Shown piece by piece: positions 52,938-64,000 of a stretch of DNA of 64,000 nucleotides. Below the pieces are notes generated by a model that worked only from the letters and a program-made list of their open reading frames with translations, had not been told where the DNA came from and did no database searches. Origin of the DNA: Nitrospinales bacterium (lineage in GTDB: Bacteria > Nitrospinota > Nitrospinia > Nitrospinales > VA-1); NCBI GenBank assembly GCA_965262115.1, contig OZ253496.1, forward strand, positions 1,408,001-1,472,000. Direction: 5' to 3'. Within the stretch, counting starts at the first letter, position 1. Each line of letters opens with the position of its first letter. Made by a program: the position numbers and the translations under genes.

Positions 52938-53540
52938 TTATATTTTGAAAACTCTGTAGGGTTCCCACAAAACCCTCACAGCAGGTGGAATGGGTACCCG
53001 GTTCAACTCAAGAAGCCCTGAGGTGGATTCATCGGATTCAAATAGTTTGGATTTATTGGCGAACAACAGTTTGATCCATTGCAGAATTCCCTGCTTGATC
53101 GTTTCCGGAACGCTGGAGGCATCCCCAAAACCAGCGACAAACTCAATTTCCAACGCATTCATTTCTCGAAGAGAATTGGGCCATGTATGACCCTCGTTCA
53201 AGCCAACACGACCGGGAGTGGATGCAGCATCCACCAGATATTTACTGGCATCAAAAGTGCTGACTATATTGGCGGAATCGTAGGGTTTAATATCGACTAC
53301 AGACTGCAAAGGTGAAAGCGGGATGGAAAACATCGCGCCTTCCGGTGCCGAATCCAGCCACAGGGTCCAGGTTTGAGTGATGAACAAACGCCGGGTCCAG
53401 GTTTCGCCTTTTTGCCGAATAGCGGTCACCAGAGAATTGATCAACGCATCATCGTCGCTATCAGTAATACGCAAATAGTTTTTAGCCTTGGCCAGAGAAA
53501 CCGGCTCCGAAGCAGGCGGAACATTTATTATTAAAGCCAT
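52938..53540 (-). CDS. Head-tail connector (HK97 gp6/phiE125 gp8-like)
   Basis: PPASEPVSLAKAKNYLRI...DDALI...RRLFITQTW...VAGFG...VP. Confidence 0.85.
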   Translation of the reverse strand: MALIINVPPASEPVSLAKAKNYLRITDSDDDALINSLVTAIRQKGETWTRRLFITQTWTLWLDSAPEGAMFSIPLSPLQSVVDIKPYDSANIVSTFDASKYLVDAASTPGRVGLNEGHTWPNSLREMNALEIEFVAGFGDASSVPETIKQGILQWIKLLFANKSKLFESDESTSGLLELNRVPIPPAVRVLWEPYRVFKI

Positions 53541-53541
53541 T

Positions 53542-53763
53542 TTATTTTTCTGTTAAGGTTTTCGTCTTTTTCCCAGTGGTTTTATTTTCAGGGGCCTTGC
53601 CCCGGTCTTTCGCGCTTAGTTTGGTAACCTTGCGCGCCCAGCGTTGCTGAATGAAAACACGCGCCAATTCGGCCGGAACATCCACCGTTTCACCACTGAT
53701 ATAAGTGTTGACGGCGATCCCGTCTGGAGAACCTTGCCGGGTTTTGAGCATTTTAATTTTCAT
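53542..53763 (-). CDS. Small basic phage protein of the type that follows major capsid genes
   Basis: MKIKMLKT...GETVDVPAELA...APENK. Confidence 0.55.
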   Translation of the reverse strand: MKIKMLKTRQGSPDGIAVNTYISGETVDVPAELARVFIQQRWARKVTKLSAKDRGKAPENKTTGKKTKTLTEK

Positions 53764-53801
53764 ATATGGTGTCCAAAAAAACTCCCCTTCCCCTAAAAAA
53801 G

Positions 53802-54027
53802 GAGAGCTTTGCATAAGTCGAAAAACCTGAAAAGCGAGATGCTTCGACATACCCCTACGGGGCAAGAATTCAAAGGTCAAATATCACTAGCTCAGCATGA
53901 CAATACTGGGGCATTTTGTCATTCTGAGGAACAAGGTGACGAAGATGTGATATTTGTGATGGCCTCTTCCTTAAACTTCATGCCCGGAACGGGTAGAAGG
54001 GGTAATCTCGGGTTATGCAAAGGTCTC
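53802..54027. mobile_element. MITE with TIRs, carrying a REP-like palindrome and micro-elements (53850-53888 +, 53946-54004 -)
   Basis: GAGAGCTTTGCATAA...TTATGCAAAGGTCTC. Confidence 0.7.
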
Positions 54028-54088
54028 CCTCGGAGGGGAGAGGAACTTAATAGTTGAGGAGTACATCCACCTACGGAAAAATATAACA

Positions 54089-56567
<2,479 letters not shown>

Positions 56568-56719
56568 CATATAAAAAAATCTGTTTTGAAAACTTTTGTT
56601 AATGCTGAAGTTGGGGGACTTTGATCTCATTCCTGGTTTTTGAGGTTGCTTTTAGGGCTCTTCTTTTATATATTGAACGCCAATTTCTCTCCACAACTCA
56701 TTATTTGTTTCCAAAAACC

Positions 56720-58066
56720 ATGGAAGTCAAAGAAGCCATTTGGAAAAAATGCTTAGAAAAAATTGAGGAGCAAATACTGCCCGAAAGCTATACCACTTGG
56801 TTTTCGCCCACCTATCCGAGGACCCTTTATGAGGGTTTGATGACCGTCGCGGTTCCAAATCAATTTTATAGAAAGTGCCTCATAGAGAATTACCGGGACC
56901 TGATCGAAAGCACTTTGAAATCTGTCACAGAAAAACCAATTCTGGTAGATTTTTGCATAGAATCTGAGATTATAGCCCAAACGGATCAAGACAAAGAAGT
57001 TGAGGAAGCCCCGGTTATTGAGCCGGTTGAGAGCCTTTGCGTTTCATCCTCTCTCAATCCTAAATACAATTTTTCAAATTTTGTGGTTGGTTCGAGCAAC
57101 CAGTTTGCCCATGCAGCGGCTTTGGCTGTTTCCACCCGCCCCGCCATCGCCTACAACCCCTTATTTTTGTATGGGGCAGTAGGATTGGGCAAAACACACC
57201 TTCTACATGCTATTGGTAATAAAATTTGCGAGAACAGCCCTAGATCTCGGGTCCGTTATATTTCTGCTGAAAGCTTCACCGTTGACCTTATTGAATCCAT
57301 TAAAAAAGACAAAATGCCGCTATTCCGGAAAAGGTATCGTCCTTTGGATGTTTTGCTTGTTGATGACATTCAATTCATTGCCGGCAAGGAAAGGACTCAA
57401 GAGGAGTTTTTTTATACCTTCAATACTCTTTACGAATCACACAAACAACTCGTTATTTCCAGCGACAGGTATCCTAAAGATATTCAGAAGATGGAAGAGC
57501 GGTTACGATCCCGGTTTGAATCCGGGTTGGTGGCTGATATCAATCCTCCCGATCTGGAAACAAAGGTTGCTATTTTGTACAAAAAGGCTGACTTTCACCA
57601 AAAAACTATTCCGCAAGATGTCGCTATTTTCATTGCTGGCAACATAAAATCCAATATTCGTGAGCTAGAAGGTTTTTTACTTAGGGTCATCGCATTTTCC
57701 TCTTTCACGCATCGAAAGCTTGATTTAGAGTTAACTAAAGAAGTGTTGAAAGATTTTACGCTAGATAAAAACAAGCATTTCACCATTAACAATATCCTTA
57801 AAACTGTTGCCGGATACTACGATCTTAAGGTGTCCGATCTTAAATCTAAAAGGCGCACTCGGGATATTTCCATACCCCGTCAAATAGCCATGTTTTTATG
57901 CCGGGAACACACCAAATCCTCGCTTCCTGAAATTGGTCGTCAGTTTGGCGGCAAAGATCACACAACAGTGATTTTCTCCTATAAAAAGATATCTAGTTTA
58001 GTCAAAGAAAACAGAGAGTTAGAAGCTTCCATCCGGGAAATAGTCAAGCTTGTTGAAAAAGGATAA
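56720..58066 (+). CDS. dnaA: Chromosomal replication initiator DnaA
   Basis: LNPKYNF, YNPLFLYGAVGLGKTHLL, DDIQF, FGGKDHTTV. Confidence 0.98.
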   Translation: MEVKEAIWKKCLEKIEEQILPESYTTWFSPTYPRTLYEGLMTVAVPNQFYRKCLIENYRDLIESTLKSVTEKPILVDFCIESEIIAQTDQDKEVEEAPVIEPVESLCVSSSLNPKYNFSNFVVGSSNQFAHAAALAVSTRPAIAYNPLFLYGAVGLGKTHLLHAIGNKICENSPRSRVRYISAESFTVDLIESIKKDKMPLFRKRYRPLDVLLVDDIQFIAGKERTQEEFFYTFNTLYESHKQLVISSDRYPKDIQKMEERLRSRFESGLVADINPPDLETKVAILYKKADFHQKTIPQDVAIFIAGNIKSNIRELEGFLLRVIAFSSFTHRKLDLELTKEVLKDFTLDKNKHFTINNILKTVAGYYDLKVSDLKSKRRTRDISIPRQIAMFLCREHTKSSLPEIGRQFGGKDHTTVIFSYKKISSLVKENRELEASIREIVKLVEKG

Positions 58067-60903
<2,837 letters not shown>

Positions 60904-60975
60904 GAAGAACCTCTTATAGATGACATCTTTCTCCTTTTGTCACTTCTGAAATTTTAAGCACAGAAAGGTATTTGA

Positions 60976-63396
60976 ATGCCGGGAACGATCGAACCGATCA
61001 ATATAGACGATGAAATGAAAAACTCGTACCTTGATTACGCAATGAGCGTAATCATTGGACGCGCCCTGCCGGATGTCCGAGACGGGTTGAAGCCTGTCCA
61101 CCGCCGCGCCCTCTATGCGATGCATGAGACCGGTAATGTCTGGAACAAACCCTACAAAAAATCCGCTCGCATCGTTGGCGATGTGATGGGTAAATACCAT
61201 CCGCATGGAGATCAGGCAATTTACGACACAATCGTTCGTTTGGCGCAGGAGTTTTCCCAAAGACACCCGCTTGTCGATGGCCAGGGAAACTTTGGTTCGA
61301 TAGATGGCGATTCAGCCGCCGCCATGCGTTATACAGAAATTCGCATGGAAGAGATCACCGGTGAACTGCTCCGGGATTTGGAAAAAGACACCGTTCAATT
61401 CACCCCCAACTATGATGACTCTCTGAAAGAGCCTTCTGTGTTGCCTGCAAGTTTTCCGCAATTGCTTGTTAACGGCTCGTCAGGAATCGCCGTGGGTATG
61501 GCGACCAATATTCCTCCGCATAACTTGGGAGAAGTTATCGATTCCGCGGTTTACGTTATTGAGAATCCCAATTGTTCGGTGGAAGACCTTATTGGGCTTA
61601 TGCCGGGTCCCGATTTTCCCACTCGGGGAATCATACAGGGAAGAAATGGAATATGGTCCGCTTATAAAACTGGCAGAGGTATCATCCGGGTTCGTGGTCG
61701 TGCTGAGATTGAAACCATGGAGAAGAGTGACCGGGAACGCATCGTCATCAACGAGTTGCCGTTTCAGGTCAACAAGGCCAGGCTGGTGGAGAAGATCGCC
61801 GAACTGGTTAGAGACAAGCGATTGGAAGGAATTTCTGACCTGAGGGATGAGTCGGACCGGGACGGAATCCGCGTCGTGGTGGAATTGAAAAAAGGCACCA
61901 TGGGGCAGGTGGTTTTAAACTCCCTTTACAAAAATACCCAGCTTCAGGACACTTTCGGGGTCATCCTGTTAGCTTTGGTGAATCAGCAACCCAGAGTTCT
62001 CAACCTGAAAGAGTTTTTGCACCATTTCATCCTGTTTCGTAAAGAAGTGGTGACTCGAAGAACCGAGTTTGACTTAAAGAAGGCCCGCGAGAAAGAACAT
62101 ACCCTTGAAGGATTGGCCACCGCGTTGGATAACCTGGATGCAGTGGTTCAGCTTATCCGCAATGCTGAGGATCCGACCGCCGCCCGCGACGGGCTCATGG
62201 CAGAGTTCGGGTTGTCAGAAATCCAGGCCAAAGCCATTCTTGAAATGCGCTTGCAACGTCTCACCGGACTGGAGCGGCAAAAAATAGTTGAAGACTTGGA
62301 AGAAACCCGCAAACAGATCAAAGCATTGCAAAATGTTCTTGCCCATGAGGAAGTCAAGCTTAAGATCATCAAAGAAGAATTGCTGGAAATTAAAAACAAG
62401 TATGGCAATGAGAGGCGGACAGAAATCGCCGATACGGATGATGAGGGCGATATAGACATTGAAGACCTCATTGCCGATGAGGATGCAGTGGTCGTTTATA
62501 CCCGAGGGGGTTATATCAAACGGCAAACCGTTGATAATTACCGGGCGCAAAGAAGAGGCGGTAAGGGCATTCGGGGGATGAATCTCAAAGAAGAAGATGT
62601 TGTCGAAAAACTTTTCATCGCTTCAACACTGAGCCATCTCCTGGTGTTTACCAGCATCGGAAAGATTCACGCATTGCGGGTATTTTCTATTCCGGAAGTG
62701 AGCCGGATTGCCAAAGGAAAATCCATCGCCAATCTTTTGCGTCTCCAGCCGGGAGAGGCCATAGCCAGTATCCTTTCCCTCAGGGAATTTGAAGAAGATA
62801 AATTTGTCATGGTCGCCACAGAACGCGGTATCGTTAAAAAAACATATTTGATGGCATACAGGAAGCCTCGACAGGGCGGCATTATCGGGCTGACGATCAA
62901 CGAAGGGGACCGGGTTATCGGCGCAGAATTGTGTGACGGGAAAAGCGATATTTTACTCGCCACCGAAAGAGGATTTTCTATCCGTTTTAACGAAGAAGAA
63001 GTACGCCCCATCGGCCGCACAGGTAGAGGGGTTCGCGGCATCCGTCTCAAAGACGGAGACCGGGTCGTAGGTGCGGAAATCGTTCAACCCGGCACCAAAC
63101 TCCTCACGGTAACTTCAAACGGTTATGGAAAGCGAACGCCCATAGAAGAGTATCCTCAACAGGGCCGGGGCGGACTGGGTGTTATGACGATCCGCTGTAA
63201 TGAAAAAATAGGAACCGTGGTGGGCGTGCAACAGGTAGATGAGGCAGATCAGCTTCTGGTCATCACCTCCGATGGTAATATTGTTCGCATGCGTGTCAGC
63301 GAAATATCCGTGATAGGCCGAAACACCCAGGGCGTTCGCGTAGTGGGTACCGGCGAAGGCAATCAGGTTGTCAGCATCGAAAAACTGGTCGAATAA
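60976..63396 (+). CDS. gyrA: DNA gyrase subunit A
   Basis: YHPHGD, AAMRYTE, GyrA box QRRGGKG. Confidence 0.98.
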   Translation: MPGTIEPINIDDEMKNSYLDYAMSVIIGRALPDVRDGLKPVHRRALYAMHETGNVWNKPYKKSARIVGDVMGKYHPHGDQAIYDTIVRLAQEFSQRHPLVDGQGNFGSIDGDSAAAMRYTEIRMEEITGELLRDLEKDTVQFTPNYDDSLKEPSVLPASFPQLLVNGSSGIAVGMATNIPPHNLGEVIDSAVYVIENPNCSVEDLIGLMPGPDFPTRGIIQGRNGIWSAYKTGRGIIRVRGRAEIETMEKSDRERIVINELPFQVNKARLVEKIAELVRDKRLEGISDLRDESDRDGIRVVVELKKGTMGQVVLNSLYKNTQLQDTFGVILLALVNQQPRVLNLKEFLHHFILFRKEVVTRRTEFDLKKAREKEHTLEGLATALDNLDAVVQLIRNAEDPTAARDGLMAEFGLSEIQAKAILEMRLQRLTGLERQKIVEDLEETRKQIKALQNVLAHEEVKLKIIKEELLEIKNKYGNERRTEIADTDDEGDIDIEDLIADEDAVVVYTRGGYIKRQTVDNYRAQRRGGKGIRGMNLKEEDVVEKLFIASTLSHLLVFTSIGKIHALRVFSIPEVSRIAKGKSIANLLRLQPGEAIASILSLREFEEDKFVMVATERGIVKKTYLMAYRKPRQGGIIGLTINEGDRVIGAELCDGKSDILLATERGFSIRFNEEEVRPIGRTGRGVRGIRLKDGDRVVGAEIVQPGTKLLTVTSNGYGKRTPIEEYPQQGRGGLGVMTIRCNEKIGTVVGVQQVDEADQLLVITSDGNIVRMRVSEISVIGRNTQGVRVVGTGEGNQVVSIEKLVE

Positions 63397-63406
63397 AATC
63401 CCTCCT

Positions 63407-64000
63407 ATGGATGTGACCTCCCAGACTTATCCTGCTCCAATATGGTCTAACCCGGCGGTTTGGAACAAACTGTGGGCGGGGATTTTTTTTCTGGGGTGGA
63501 TCTTCCTGGTTTCCTGCTCGGAACAGATGGACCCTCTTCTTCAGAAGGCGAATGAAGAATGGATCCAAGGCCGAAACCATAGCGCTATCGAGATGTTCAA
63601 TGAGGTGCTGAAAGAGCATCCCTCCGGCTCACTGGCGGAAGAAGCCCTGTTTCGCCTTGGTGAAATCCACCACTTAAGCTTAAACAGCAGTTCGCGGTCT
63701 CTGGTCTATTTTCAAGAAGTCCGGCAAATGAATCGAGGTGGAGAGTTCAGTTATCCAGCGCAAAAATATATTGCGGAAATCGCCGAATTTGGTTTGAAGG
63801 ATTATGATCAGGCGATCATCGAATACCAGAACTTAATCAATCATTATACCGGTAAAAATGACACCGGCGATCATCAATACCGCATTGCCTCGATTTATTA
63901 TAAAAAACAAAATTACGAGCAGGCTCTGGTAGAACTGGAAGTTTTATTAGAAAACTACCCCAAGAGCTCCTGGGCGGAAGAAACCAAATTTAAAATTATT
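63407..64000 (+). CDS. TPR-repeat lipoprotein (BamD/CpoB-like), 3' partial
   Basis: Hand translation: IFFLGWIFLVSC lipobox, EEALFRLGEI, YDQAIIEYQNLI. Confidence 0.75.
   Translation, partial: MDVTSQTYPAPIWSNPAVWNKLWAGIFFLGWIFLVSCSEQMDPLLQKANEEWIQGRNHSAIEMFNEVLKEHPSGSLAEEALFRLGEIHHLSLNSSSRSLVYFQEVRQMNRGGEFSYPAQKYIAEIAEFGLKDYDQAIIEYQNLINHYTGKNDTGDHQYRIASIYYKKQNYEQALVELEVLLENYPKSSWAEETKFKII

Noticed and set aside
56621..56719. N-terminal extension of DnaA in the ORF track
   Set aside because: TTG start with no DnaA-like sequence; domain I begins at ATG 56720.

Overview
This is the replication-origin region of a nitrite-oxidizing bacterium, most likely Nitrospinota (Nitrospina-like). The assignment rests on a periplasmic-type NxrA (minus strand, 2462 to <1), which the ORF track misses because it runs off the window. 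Core genes are coaD, an aspartate aminotransferase, lnt, argH, rsmI, bactofilin, parB-parA-rsmG with a parS site, etfBA, czcCBA and dnaA-oriC-gyrB-gyrA (no dnaN or recF). Accessory content includes several toxin-antitoxin-like pairs, a decaying head-less phage tail operon with a CI-like repressor, IS3 and IS110 elements, and dense nested intergenic repeats. Four signals stand out. (1) About 15 copies of a 39-41 bp micro-element (TACCC-hairpin-GGGCATGAA...ATCACN) appear to insert precisely, without target duplication, into other repeats, into an IS3 and into each other. (2) An IS621-like IS110 has a bridge-RNA target loop that matches this micro-element, and it sits inside one. (3) A perfect 18-bp inverted repeat brackets a consensus-like sigma70 promoter upstream of nxrA, a candidate invertible promoter. 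(4) The IS110 left end carries a DnaA-box/DnaA-trio module sharing 14 bp with the host oriC. All calls come from reading the sequence; no database searches were run, and some rearranged junctions may be assembly chimeras.
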